This document shows positions 9,771 to 21,365 of a DNA stretch of 45,086 bases, one piece after another. The notes under the pieces are model-generated. The model was not told the DNA's origin. It did no database searches and saw nothing but the letters and a program-made list of their open reading frames with translations. The stretch spans positions 1 through 45,086 of the forward strand of contig CAWJZV010000043.1 in assembly GCA_963847445.1 (NCBI GenBank), given 5' to 3'. The position numbers were made by a program, and so were the translations under genes. Origin of the DNA: an uncultured delta proteobacterium. Its GTDB lineage: Bacteria; Desulfobacterota; Binatia; UBA9968. Every line of letters starts with the position of its first letter. Within the stretch, counting starts at the first letter, position 1.

Positions 9771-9790
9771 TTGGGCACGTTTTGGGCACG
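9771..9790. repeat. Tandem TTGGGCACG x2 (11-bp period), candidate integrase arm-type sites
   Basis: TTGGGCACG at 9771-9779 and 9782-9790, ~120 bp from the tRNA fragment. Confidence 0.55.
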
Positions 9791-10191
9791 CGGATTCGGG
9801 AGATCGTGAGAGCCCTAACTTGTCATGGCAATCATTCAGCAACTGTGGCCCATCCTCATTGATTGCTCTTGGGCCACCTTTCCTAATCAATGCTTGCCCG
9901 GTTTAGGCTGGTTGATGGGAAAAACCCGCATAAAATCGAGGTCTGATAGTCGTCTATGAGGTTTACTTAAGGGCAAAAGCGGTAGAGATTAATCCGCAGC
10001 GTCAAAACTTGTATGGAAATTTGTTCTGGGCGTATTGGTGAAAGACGGCAAAAAACAATTCTTCGCAAGCTTTGGCTACCGCACATCTTTTTCGTTGTTA
10101 CCTGTATCTAAAAAGCAGGAGATTAATCTATACGTTGGATACGTGAGAGACTCATCAATTGAGTGTGTCCCAAGGCTCCGAGGGGGAGAGT

Positions 10192-10820
10192 ATGAGCGGT
10201 TATCTTGCAGCAAACGCGCACTTCAGCTGCAAGTTGAATCAGGAGCCTCTCCTGCACATTACTCGATTGCGCGATGCCCTGGTCGACATGCAGAAGTCGA
10301 TGCAGGAAAAACATTTGGCTTGCTGCGTCTTTTCCACGATTCCACGCCGCACCGGAAATCTCACGCGCTCTGCACCTGCTGAGCACCAAAAGGATCGGGG
10401 CCTTGATCGCTCTGGAACAGGAAACGAGCCTTGACGATTATGCAAAAAGCGGCACCCTTCTTAACGCCGAGCTTGGCGCAAGGCCAGCTTGCTCCTGAGT
10501 CTTTTTTACCCGGGCAATCCACTGCACGACGGGGCAGTGATTATAAGAGGCAACTCGGTTGTGGCAGCAGGATGTGTTCCAGCTGCTCGGGTGATCACAC
10601 GACCTTTAAACTAAAAGATTTGGGAATGCGACACCGCGCCGGAGTTGGGTTGAGTCAGGTCAGTGATGCTGTCGTTTTCATTGTCTCCGAAGAGACAGGG
10701 ACAATTTCAATGGCTACCGAGGGCCATCTGTTTGGAATTAATTTAGAGGACAGCCCCGAGGCAAACGAGAGGTTGCCGAAGAACACGCCAACCTTAGGCG
10801 ATGTTATCTCGGTGGATTAG
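10192..10820 (+). CDS. Diadenylate cyclase (DAC/DisA_N), CdaS-like with short helical N-terminus; frameshifted
   Basis: Across frames: [23 protein letters not shown]...[53 protein letters not shown]; these are the DGA and RHR catalytic motifs. Confidence 0.85.
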
Positions 10821-10929
10821 GCTGAGGCTAATGTGATAAGCGCCAATGCAATTTGGCCTTATTCCGTTTGATACTCGGAATTGGATGCTGCGCAAAATGA
10901 ACAGAACAGCGTCTTGAACCCGATGATTT

Positions 10930-11259
10930 ATCTACGTCGGCCAGCGCCTTCGGGTGCGCTTGAGTGAAAAGATGGTGGAAGCCTTCAACGAGGACTGCCA
11001 ACCCTTGGCGGCGCATGGCCGGTTACACGGGGTCAGCAAGTTCTCCACCTTCGCCGCCCACTATCCCGAGCACAAGCTCAGCGTGGCGCGCTTCGAGGTG
11101 CGCCATGGCCAAGAGCGAGCCAAAAAGCTCGGCCCCCATGTCGAGAAACTGGTCGAGCAGTTGTTCGATACCGACTATCCGCTGCGCCACTTGCGCCGGG
11201 TGCAGGGCATCTTGCGCTTGGTCAAAAGCCGTCTGATAACCCCGCAGGCTTTGGATTGA
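10930..11259 (+). mobile_element. IS21-family transposase (IstA) C-terminal fragment
   Basis: YVGQRLRVRLSEKMVEAF...LAAHGRL...FST.AAHYPEHK...LGPHVEKLVEQLF...LRRVQGILRL; no DDE core, istB or terminal repeats seen. Confidence 0.6.
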
Positions 11260-11387
11260 GTAGATGGAGAAATTCAAATCAATCCTGGCATGTCCGCTTG
11301 GTTTTCTCTCATCATTTGATTTTGAACAGTTTGCAATAAGGTCATGCAGTTGTTGCAAGTAATTACTGGCCTTGTCTACCATGCGCA

Positions 11388-12315
11388 TCAGTTCGAGCCG
11401 ATTCTTTCGGCCGCGTCTTGGCGTATGAATCCTGGTGGTCGCCCGTGCTTGGAACGAATCTCTAGCCAACCGTCCCTCAAGTCTACAACATTCACCTTAG
11501 TTCCTTTGCCTATATCGGTAATAAACGCTGAATCTTCACTTGGCCCACTGAAGACTTGGGTTGGACGAACAGTTTGAAATGCGCCACGGACACCTGGAGA
11601 TGCATAAATCGGTGGCTTCGAAACAGGCTCTGCTCGCTGATCAACAGTCATTGCTTGGAGAAGAAAACTCCATTGGATCCTTGGACGTTGGAACTTCACT
11701 CCTCCAGTTTTTCATGGTGACTGCGGCCGCGATCATGAGAACGATGGCGCCGACGAAGATCGTGCCAAAACGCCAGTTTCGAACAATCGAGTGCCACACG
11801 ATTTGACTCGCCGTCGTCTCCTTCGTTATATGAGCTTCCGGTGCCGGATCGCACGAACCCATAAGATCGCAGCCCGCTTTGCCTGCTTCGCTCGAGTCTG
11901 ACGCTAAGCCTGCATCCGTAGGTATCTTGCTGTGAAGAATTATCGCGCGTGCAGAGTCGCTCTCAACCCCCGGCAACACCACGCCAGCATCACCGTTGCC
12001 GGTGAGTTTCGCTTCCATCTGGCGATTTCTATCGATGACTCGCGCATGTTCGGCCTGCAATGCATCGAGCTGCTGCTGCAGAATACTTATCTGTCGCTGG
12101 TCTTCCTCACTTTTGGCCAAGCGCTCCTGCCAACCCGTAATCTCCTCTCGAAGTCGGCGATTTTCATCGCCTAATTTCCGGCAAATGCGCTCCATTTCTC
12201 CCAGGCGTTCTTGAGTTTCCTCAAGTGCGACGACCTGGCTTCTGCCCTCGGAAAGTTCGCGTTCTAAGTCGCCAATGAGCGCATCCAACTTTTGTTTCTG
12301 TTTTTGCTGTTTCAT
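11388..12315 (-). CDS. Coiled-coil/TM/SH3b-domain protein; frameshifted
   Basis: Heptad-rich N-terminus, TM FGTIFVGAIVLMIAAAVTM, then after a frameshift TVRPTQVFSGPSEDS...GTKVNVVDLRDGWLEIRSKHGRPPGFI. Confidence 0.65.
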
Positions 12316-12633
12316 CTCACTAGTCTCGACATGAGTTCTTTGTTCAAGTGCGGTGACCCTTCCCGAGCCTGATCCACCTCAACTTGGGAGTGTGTAACCG
12401 ACGTTACGAGAATCGCAATGGCCACAAAGCGGATAAGATAAATTACGCTATCTCTAGTTGCCGTTGCTGTAATTCCTCTCATAGAAAACACGACCGATCG
12501 CCGCCGAAGACTTTGTCATTTACGAGATGACACGCATGGTTGTAAGCCGTCCATAAGCAATGACTTGACAGCGTTTTTTGACGCGATTTTGGGAAGCCCT
12601 ACCCGGACGGCCCGGCAGCCAGGCAGGTGAATC

Positions 12634-13068
12634 CTATTGGCCCGTCGCGAGCGCTATAACGTCTTCAATAATATCAAGAATGCGATTGCTGCGCCGGTCA
12701 ATTAAAATGACATCTCTTTCTAACACCACCCGCTCCCAATAGTCGGGAAGTTGGGGCAGCCGTCGATCAAGATCTACCGGCAGCGGTTCGAGCCGTTTCT
12801 GCAATCCGGGCGGTAACTGACCATTCTTTTGCAGATGCTTCTGTAATCCTGGCGGCAGGTACTTACCGCCGCGTTTCGCCAGCCCCGGGGGCAATCCCTT
12901 GGACTTGCCTTTTTTACTACGACGATAGTACTCCTCGATCATACGCCGCTCGTCAGGAAGAAAATGCGATGGACGCTTGACGTCCAGTGCTAAGACTGTG
13001 TTACCGCACCACAGGTAAGAAGTCGCGCACAGAGAAGCCTTTAGAAAGGATCGTCTTTGCTTGCCCAT
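12634..13068 (-). CDS. Tat-exported LPPGL-repeat protein (RcnB-like C-terminus)
   Basis: QRRSFLK twin-arginine motif; three LPPGL(A/Q)K repeats; YWERVVLERDVILIDRRSNRILDII; GGAGG RBS. Confidence 0.75.
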   Translation of the reverse strand: MGKQRRSFLKASLCATSYLWCGNTVLALDVKRPSHFLPDERRMIEEYYRRSKKGKSKGLPPGLAKRGGKYLPPGLQKHLQKNGQLPPGLQKRLEPLPVDLDRRLPQLPDYWERVVLERDVILIDRRSNRILDIIEDVIALATGQ

Positions 13069-13111
13069 ATGAATTTGCCTCCGGTAGCGTACTCAATTTC
13101 AGCCGGTTTAA

Positions 13112-13784
13112 CTATTTGGTGTGGCCATTGCCAATTACTGCCCCGTTGCCGTTAGAACTGCTGGCGGAAACAATGCCTCCCTTTGAGCCGGGCGAACTGC
13201 CGGACCCGGTCATGATGCCGTTTCGCCCAAGGCCCTACGCGTTACCCTGTCCTCTGCCGGAACGCTTACGATGCCGTCATCGGAGCTTTTGCCACTTCCA
13301 AGGGTTTATATTTGTCATATGTCGAGCCGTCATAGGCAATTAGCGAGCCACAGCTGGACGATGACAACCGGAGGAAAATTTGGAACAATTCCGACCGCGG
13401 AGGCGATTACGAAACCGTTTTTACGGGAAAAAATGTATAGCGTTCTGGTGTTTGTTTTCTATCGGGGACCGCTTTGTGCACTGTCTCCCCGCCGAGTTAA
13501 CCGCGGGGATCAGAAACCATTCGCGCATCATGTCCTCGAACGGAGCCGACGATTAAGTCGGCGCCTTTTACTGCCTGTTGACTGGCTGTGCCGACCATTT
13601 CTCCGACAGGCAGTTTCGGCATTCGTGTATTACAGATTGAGGTCTCGGCCCGTTCCGCATCGCGCGAGCCAATTATGATTTTTACCACTGTGGCGCCGAC
13701 AGGGAGCGCCAAAGCGCTGCTCAAGTTCCTGGCGCGCCGAGGGGCGGAGGTTGGCCGAGTTAAATTGATCCATAGTTTTTCCAA
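13112..13784 (-). CDS. Probable frameshifted hypothetical protein with Gly/Ser/Asn-rich tail
   Basis: ORF 13497-13784 plus downstream frame GRNGIMTGSGSSPGSKGGIVSASSSNGNGAVIGNGHTK*; joins uncertain. Confidence 0.3.
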
Positions 13785-14166
13785 AAACCAACGGAAAATG
13801 CCCTTGCTACTCGACTAGCCTTTCACTGTATCCCATGCTCGGTGCACAGGGAGGTTTACAGTTCAATTGTCGTGTGAAATTTGTTTTTAATAGGCGGTAC
13901 ATTTTCGCTCTTTCCGCCAAAAAATTGCGCCCCTATATCCCGACATTATCCCTGAATTCCTCAACCGCGAATCAACTTCCCTCTGCCAGGGCGCGGTATA
14001 TGCCTTGCTTTAGCCAACGAATACGGAACAGCCACCATAGTTCACAAAATGCTCATCCGGGTGTTGACTGATGCAAATGGATCGAAAAAAAATGGGAGAT
14101 ATGACATTCGATTCCCCGGGTAATAGGACATTGAAGAAAGTCGACGCTTGGTCGTGGATGTGGAAG

Positions 14167-15141
14167 ATGAACGCAATACTGATTACGCGAAGATCACCGC
14201 GCTTTATCCGCCCGATGATTGCGGGACAGCCGGGTAGCATCAACATAAGCCGGGTCGTCACGCTTGCGATTTTTTTGGCGATAGCTCCGGCATTGTCTGC
14301 GCGCGCCCAGACAGGGCAAGGAACCTCCGGGGGAGATCGTTACCCAGGAACTAGTGGATCAGTTAAAGGAAGTGATCCGCGGCGCGGAGCACGATCGTCG
14401 ATCCAATCCCACGACAACCAAACAACTTCGCGACCTCGTGCGTCGCTACGATTGGGCCGTGGCGCAGCTCGCTGCTTTACGATGATTTTCGTGACGGCGA
14501 CTATACGTACAATCCCCGCTGGGTCGTTAACCAGGGGGAATTTTGGGTCGCGCGAGGCGCGGGGCTCAGAATCCAATTTCGATCTCGCTCGGGCCTACAA
14601 CCCGCCGCACGTCCGATCGACGGAGCGACAGCCCCGCGTTGGAAATTTTAGGTCAGTCTTGCTCGGTGGCCGAGAACGAGACGAAGGCAAACCGCCCGTC
14701 AGCTTGAAATCGGAATCAGAGATTTTTACGAGAGTCGGCATCACCAACGCCTTTGCCGCTAAGCTGGAGCTAAATTTAAGAAACTACGCAGAGCGCAATA
14801 CCCGACTGGAGTTTGGCCCGTTCCAAGGCGAAGATCGCAGCTCGGGATATCGCCTCGCCTACGACTCTGGAAGAACCCCCACCCTATCCTTGTTGCGTTT
14901 TGGACCAAACCGTTCTGCAGTGATCGAAATAGCTGATCAGGGAATAGCACTGGATGACGGGAACCCGCACACCATTGAGTGGCACCGGGGCGACGACGGC
15001 GAAATGGTGGTGCTGTTGGATAACAAGGCGGTAATTCGGACGGTTGACCGCGCATATGACGACCCCTTCGATGGTTTTGCCGTGATTAATAAGGGCGGAG
15101 AGTTCGAATTAAGGCAAGTTTCGATCTTCGGCACGAATTAA
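14167..15141 (+). CDS. Exported hypothetical protein, beta-sandwich (ConA-like) domain
   Basis: Signal-like VVTLAIFLAIAPALSARA; alternate frame LLYDDFRDGDYTYNPRWVVNQGEFWV; C-terminus HTIEWHRGDDGEMVVLLD...FDGFAVINKGGEFELRQVSIFG. Confidence 0.6.
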   Translation: MNAILITRRSPRFIRPMIAGQPGSINISRVVTLAIFLAIAPALSARAQTGQGTSGGDRYPGTSGSVKGSDPRRGARSSIQSHDNQTTSRPRASLRLGRGAARCFTMIFVTATIRTIPAGSLTRGNFGSREARGSESNFDLARAYNPPHVRSTERQPRVGNFRSVLLGGRERDEGKPPVSLKSESEIFTRVGITNAFAAKLELNLRNYAERNTRLEFGPFQGEDRSSGYRLAYDSGRTPTLSLLRFGPNRSAVIEIADQGIALDDGNPHTIEWHRGDDGEMVVLLDNKAVIRTVDRAYDDPFDGFAVINKGGEFELRQVSIFGTN

Positions 15142-15334
15142 TTGTGCAGTTCCGCTGGAACGATGGTCCCGATCCAACTCAGACGCGCTCAGTAAAGCGA
15201 ATCCCGAGCTACGCATATTCGCGCTCATCGGCAACGGCGCCTTTTGTTACACACAGTTGCCTCTAACCACGGCGTCACCGAAGAATACGGCATGCCGATC
15301 CACGTCATTGTGCTGAGCAACGAGCGCTTCCACC

Positions 15335-15849
15335 CGATGAACGTTTTGCTGCTAATGCGAGCAACGCGACAAAGGCAAAAACAAAGAACTTCGTCTGCGC
15401 CGTCGCCAGCAACGCGATACCCGCCCCCATCAAGCCGAAGTCCGCGCCGATCTGGTAAATTTCGCTAATTCTTCCTGCCAGGAAGCCGACCGCGCCTGCT
15501 TGAAAGACGGTCCTCACCAGCCCACACACGACGAAGACGTAACCCACTTCGGCGGGACCGAAATCGAACTTTGCCTTAGCAAAAAGCGCGAACGTCCCCT
15601 CGAACATCGTCAGCCCGAATTGTCCGGCGAGTGCCAGATCGAGCAGCGAAGACAGAGTTTAACCAGCGTTCGCAGTCCGTCTTCGCGTCTTCACTCGTAT
15701 CGTTTAGCGGGCTCGTATTCTGCGTCGAAGTTTTCGGCATTGATTCCGGCAGCCAGCGCCATGCCGCGAGCAGCGTCAGCAGTCCTAACAACGCCGCCGC
15801 GAAAAACGGAGTCGAGAAACCTTCGGCCTTGAAATGTCCGGCACTCCAA
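15335..15849 (-). pseudogene. Partial diverged copy of the MFS gene at 32642-33897
   Basis: Aligns nearly base for base with 32882-33396; lacks both ends of the gene. Confidence 0.85.
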
Positions 15850-15943
15850 GCTTCAGGAAAAATGCCGCGATGGCTATAAACCCAACCGCATACAACTCCG
15901 CTTCGCGAAATCAGCCAACTGCCGGATTCCGGATGCTCAGTCG

Positions 15944-16441
15944 CTAACGGCTATAACTCGCCTTTCGTTTAAACGCTGAATTTCGAATTACATACAGGAG
16001 CACTGTCGGAACGATCAGCCATTGAATCACTGGCACAAGACCGATACCGCCAATGGTAGCCATCCAGCCGCTGTACGCCCAGGTATGGGTTATATAAACG
16101 TTCCGATATTCACTGAAGATCGTGTACAAGAGTCCGCTCGCAATAAAGAGCACTCTAGGCGCCGCCGCTTCTTGTGCGATCCACGACCGTCCCCAAAGCA
16201 AGGCCACGACCCAGAATGCGCCGAGGAGGATGATCATGTCCCCGCCGGTGCAATGAACGCGATTGTAAAGAACCCCTGTCCAAGACTCCGTGAACGTATC
16301 CGTGTAAAACGGCGACTGGAGAAATTCCCATGCAAGAAACATAGGGAGCCCCAATTGCGTCAATTTCAGCTCCGGCGCAGAAACGCGCATGGCCCAGGGG
16401 CAGAACCAAGCCCAGGTTTGTTTAATCGAAGAACAGTTCAT
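15944..16441 (-). CDS. Conserved hypothetical membrane protein (4 TM)
   Basis: FLAWEFLQSPFY, HCTGGD, WAYSGWM, GLVPVIQWLIVP; hydrophobic, intact ORF. Confidence 0.7.
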   Translation of the reverse strand: MNCSSIKQTWAWFCPWAMRVSAPELKLTQLGLPMFLAWEFLQSPFYTDTFTESWTGVLYNRVHCTGGDMIILLGAFWVVALLWGRSWIAQEAAAPRVLFIASGLLYTIFSEYRNVYITHTWAYSGWMATIGGIGLVPVIQWLIVPTVLLYVIRNSAFKRKASYSR

Positions 16442-16489
16442 TCATTAGCTCATCGTTCTTGCCGGCAGCCTTAATGTGTATCGGGTGTG

Positions 16490-17880
16490 TCAATGCACTG
16501 TCTTTTGTTGAAAGCGCCTGGTCTTATCACCCTTCAGAATGCCTATCTCCGTCAACACTTTCGACATAAACTGTTCTCTGACGGCGGAAGTCTCTGAGAT
16601 TATTTCTTCCGCATGTTGGAGAGTCAAATTGCGGTTAGCGCCTGCCTTTGACGAAACATTGTCCGTCACCAAAATCCCGACGAATAGCTCAACCTTTCGT
16701 GCGTGGGAGGAAGCATTGACTGCGCTCATAATATGAAACAGCTCCTGGTCAACCGTTCTTACTCCGTTCTTCTTCATTTGAGCGGCCCACTGCCTTGTTT
16801 CGGCAATAACGCTTTCCACGGATACATGCGCGGTTCTAATGCGCACTTCGTCTACGGCCCTGTTTCGAATGATATGCACTAGACCGCCGTTGTTTCGGAC
16901 TCCAGGAAACGGATCTCCATTCAAGACGATGGTGGGATTAACTATTTGGCCGACCAGCTCCGGCCCATCGATCGCCCCGGCGGATGCCAAGAAAGACAAC
17001 AATAGAAGGCGGGTCGTTACCCGACAATTGCAAAATTGCCTCAACCAGTTCGCCTGAACGGCTGGCAAATATTCGATTGTGGTTAATCGAAACCAGCAGG
17101 ACTTTCATGCCATTAACGTTTGCATACCAGTTAACCCTTAACGATTCATCCGAATAGAGTAACGGGCTCCCCGAGACCTTCATCTCGTATAAGCGTCCGA
17201 GTGACTCCGACAAAGCCGATTATCAGTGCCTCGGGCCTGCTAATGCCATGGTTTTGCAAAAATGTGACGAATTCTTGTCTTGCGGTGTGCGAAGACATGA
17301 AAACCTTGAGCGATTTCTTGAACGATGTAAGCTTTCCAGGGTACTTTCGTTTTTATCGCATGATCCGGCGAACCTTGGCAGGTAGAGCAGGCGAATAATC
17401 GTTTTCAACGCAACTTCTCTGCCATTCTGCCCGATAATAATCGAGGTCGATGCCCGGCTCCTCTTCGCGCGCCTAAGAACAGCCTGATATCGCCAGGCTC
17501 TTGGGCATCCTGCGCCGGGACCAGAGAGGCGTAGCGATCCTGCAACTGTGCTCGCATATCGCTCTCCCGACCCCCATAAAATATTATCCGGCCGGCGCTA
17601 AAGATTACATCTTGATAGTTCCCAAAGCGCTTTAACGTATACCATCGCTCATCGAGCACCGCGCCTTCTCTGTCATTCTTTTCAATCAGCCGCTCTGCGT
17701 GCCCGACTATCTCTTCGGTTCGATCCTCGAACGAGACTTGAGATTCTGGCTTGGCGCTGGAGGACGCTCGGATAGCTTGCTTTCCAGGGATGTCCGATAA
17801 CTGCCGGTCTCCCGGGGACTGCAGGAAAGCGACACGATCAGGATGAAGGTAGAAAATATATATGGAATATAGCGATTCAT
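16490..17880 (-). CDS. Putative lipoprotein with C-terminal nucleoside-phosphorylase-like domain; several frameshifts
   Basis: MNRYIPYIFSTFILIVSLS-C; joined through ORFs 17405, 16938 and 16490; IVVFLG-SAGAI, AHVSVESVIAET, TVDQE, GILVTDN. Confidence 0.5.
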
Positions 17881-17967
17881 AAGATCGTATTTCTGTAAAC
17901 GACAAAAACAGATCAATGGAAGAAACCGTGTCAGCGATCTGCGGTGGCCTCAGATCGACGATTATCT

Positions 17968-20426
17968 TTACAGTTCGATTTTATTCAGCCTCAACGCGTT
18001 GCTGATCACGGAGACCGAGCTGAAGGTCATGGCGACGCTGGCGATCACCGGGCTTAACAGCATGCCGAAGAACGGATAGAGCACTCCCGCTGCGATCGGA
18101 ATTCCCAAGCACGTTATAGATGAACGCAAAGAACAAGTTCTGCCGGATGTTGCGCATGGTTCCTCGGCTGAGACGGCGCGCCTTGGCGATGCCACGCAGA
18201 TCGCCTTTGACCAATGTCACTCCGGCGCTCTCCATTGCCACATCGGTGCCCGTGCCCATCGCGATTCCTACATGAGCCAGGGCCAGAGCGGGAGCATCAT
18301 TGACTCCGTCCCCCGCCATCGCCACCATCCGACCCTCCGCCTGCAGCCGTTTCACCACTTCGCCCTTTTGCTCGGGCAATACATCGGCTTGAATTTCATC
18401 GATACCTAGCTTTTTCGCAACTGCCTCGGCGGTCGTTCGATTGTCCCCGGTGAGCATGACGATCCTTATTCCGTCCTGATGCAGCATCTGGATCGCTTCC
18501 GCGGTGGATTGCTTGACGGGGTCGGCGACACCGACCAGTCCGGCGACAGCTCCATCCACGACGACATACATGACCGTCTGTCCGTCTTTTCTGAGTGTCT
18601 TCCGACTCGATTCAAAAAATCACCCGGTTCAACTTTCAATTCCTCCAACAGCTTGCGGTTTCCGAGTGCGACTCGCTTCCCATCGACGGAACCGACAACA
18701 CCCTTACCCGTGATCGAGCGAAACTCGCGGGCATCGGCAAGCTTCAAGCCTTTCTGTCTCGGCGCCGCGCGACGATCGCTGCCGCCAGCGGATGCTCGCT
18801 GCCCCGCTCCAGACTTGCTGCAAGGCGCAGAATCTCGTCCTCGCTTTGTCCCGGCACCGGAACCAGCGCTGCCAAGTGCGGTTTGCCTTCGGTCAGGGTT
18901 CCGGTCTTGTCCACCACCAACGTGTCGATCTTTTCCAGGACCTCCAATGCTTCGGCATTCTTGATCAACACGCCGGCCAGTCGCGCCCCGTCCCGTGCCG
19001 ACCATGATCGACATCGGCGTCGCCAAGCCGAGCGCGCAGGGGCAGGCGATGATCAATACGGCGACGGCATTGAGCAGTGCGTAAGCCAATGCAGGCTCCG
19101 GACCGAACCAGGCCCAGACGACAAAGGTTATGAGGCGATCAGAACCACCGCGGGAACAAAATAGCCGGCGACAATATCGGCCAGTTTCTGAATCGGCGCG
19201 CGGCTGCGCTGAGCTTCCGCAACCATGCGGACAATCTGTGCCAAGAGCGTATCGCTGCCGACCCGCTCGGCTTTTATGACGACACTGCCGGTTCCGTTAA
19301 CCGTTCCGCCGGTAACTTTGCTGTCTTTCGTCTTCTCAACCGGAATCGGCTCGCCGGTAATCATCGACTCATCGACTGATGTCGTACCTTCCAAAACGAT
19401 TCCATCAACGGGAATCTTTTCGCCGGGGCGGACGCGCAGACGATCGCCGACTTGAACGCGCTCGAGAGCCACGTCCGTTTCCGTACCATCATCGCGCAGC
19501 AGACGCGCGGTCTTGGGCGCAAGCCCCAACAACGCCTTGATCGCTTTGCTGGTATTGCTGCGGGCGCGCAGCTCCAATACCTGGCCGAGCAAGACAAATG
19601 TGGTGATCACCGCCGCGGCGTCGAAGTAAACGCCCACCTCGCCGCCATGGCCGCGGAACGATTGCGGAAAGGCGTCGGGGAAAAGCGTGGCGGCCAGACT
19701 GTAAACGAACGCGGTGCCGACTCCGATGGCGATCAGAGTGAACATGTTCAGACTGCGATTGACGATGGACGCCCAGCCGCGCTGGAAGAACGGCCATCCG
19801 CCCCAGAGCACCACCGGAGTGGCAAGAACGAGCTGAAACCAGTTGAGCAGCTGCGGCGATAAACCGTGCTGCACGGGCTGCCCCGGAATCATATCGGACA
19901 TGGCGAGAAAAAAAATCGGCGCGCTCAGAACAACGCCAGCCCAAAATCGCCGCGTCATGTCGACCAGTTCGGGATTGGCTTCTTCCGCCAAAGTTACCGT
20001 GCGCGGCTCCAACGCCATGCCGCAGATGGGACAGGCGCCCGGCTCAGGCACGGACGATCTCCGGATGCATGGGACAAACATATTCTGTCTTCACCGAAGG
20101 AGCGGCGGGAGCTGCCGGCTCCAGCGCCATGCCGCATTTCGGGCACGCGCCGGGTTTGGACTCGCGCACCTCGGGATCCATCGGACAGACATAAATGCCA
20201 TGCTCCCCTACATCTGGCTTTGGCGCCTGCGCTGTATCCGCGTGTGGTTGTCCGTGACCGTGCACAGCGTGTCCCGTCGCGGGCGATTTCAAGAAACTCT
20301 CTCGGGGTCTTCTTTAAATTTCGCCAGGCAGTGCTGGCTGCAGAAATAATAGGTTTGGCCACTATGAACGTGACTGCCCGCAGCGCTATTGGGCTCCACG
20401 TTCATGCCGCAAATTGGATCAATCAT
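17968..20426 (-). CDS. copA: Cu(I)/Ag(I) P1B-type ATPase with YHS and two CPMxPE metal-binding domains; frameshifted
   Basis: DPICGM...YYFCS.HC (YHS), [55 protein letters not shown] and MxxSS motifs. Confidence 0.92.
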
Positions 20427-20478
20427 CTCACTACGTCCTTGTCGGAAAAACCTGGTTAGATTTTTTACGCTGGCGATC

Positions 20479-21129
20479 TTATGCCGTTTTGCGTCTTAGG
20501 GTCCGTGCATGCGGCAGGAACGCGGGAGTCCTGGCAGCATAGCGGCGATACTGATCGCCAAACTCCTCTGCGACCTCCTGCTCTTCTCTCCGAGCTAGCC
20601 GCACATACATCGTCACCAAGATCGGAAACATAATCAACGTCACCAACGTCGGCCACTGGAGCAAAAAGCCGAGCATAATGAGGATAAAGCCGCCGTACTG
20701 CGGATGGCGCACGTAGGCATAGGGACCGCTCACGGCAAGCGTCCCCGCGCGTTGCGCCTCGTAGAGCACTTTCCACGCAGCGGCAAGCAGAATGAAACCG
20801 CAAAGGATAAGTATGTTGCTTAATATATGTAGCGGGTCGAAGTGTGCATTGATTTTCCATCCGACCAGCGTATTCCACAAATGGCCGGCGTCGTGAGAGA
20901 AGAAATCTACGCCAGGGTATTTTCGTACTAACCAGCCGGAGAGCAAATAGATCGTGAGCGGGAAGCCGTACATTTCCACGAAAAGCGCGACGATAAACGC
21001 GGAGAAGGCGCTAAAGGAGCGCCAATCGCGGTTGGTTCGCGGTTTGGTAAAGCTAAAAGCGAAGATGATGAATACCAGGGAGTTGATCACCACCAAAGAC
21101 CATAAGCCGTAGGCAGATTCATCCGTCAT
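20479..21129 (-). CDS. Isoprenylcysteine carboxyl methyltransferase-family membrane protein
   Basis: EMYGFPLTIY, GPYAYVRHPQY, EE...FGDQYRRY. Confidence 0.85.
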   Translation of the reverse strand: MTDESAYGLWSLVVINSLVFIIFAFSFTKPRTNRDWRSFSAFSAFIVALFVEMYGFPLTIYLLSGWLVRKYPGVDFFSHDAGHLWNTLVGWKINAHFDPLHILSNILILCGFILLAAAWKVLYEAQRAGTLAVSGPYAYVRHPQYGGFILIMLGFLLQWPTLVTLIMFPILVTMYVRLARREEQEVAEEFGDQYRRYAARTPAFLPHARTLRRKTA

Positions 21130-21350
21130 CGCCGGTCTCCTTTCGCCGCGTGATCGTGACCGTCATTGCCGCCGCCGTGCCCGCCGTGAAATAGATGCAT
21201 CAGTGGGCAGAGCAAGAGTAAGCCGTATGGGAGGATTCCCAGCAGATGCGCCTTATGTTCTTCCCAGAGAAAAAACACCGCGATAGCGAGAAATCCAAGC
21301 AGCACCCAGCCGCTTCTCGAGCGCAACCATGAACGTTGTTCGGAACTCAT
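21126..21350 (-). CDS. DUF2933-family small membrane protein
   Basis: WEEHKAHLLGILPYGLLLLCPLMHLFHGGHGG. Confidence 0.85.
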   Translation of the reverse strand: MSSEQRSWLRSRSGWVLLGFLAIAVFFLWEEHKAHLLGILPYGLLLLCPLMHLFHGGHGGGNDGHDHAAKGDRR

Positions 21351-21365
21351 GCATTCCTCCATTTC

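Noticed and set aside
9790-10190. c-di-AMP (ydaO) riboswitch upstream of the cyclase
   Set aside because: Could not match the conserved motif by eye; an Infernal/Rfam scan would be needed.
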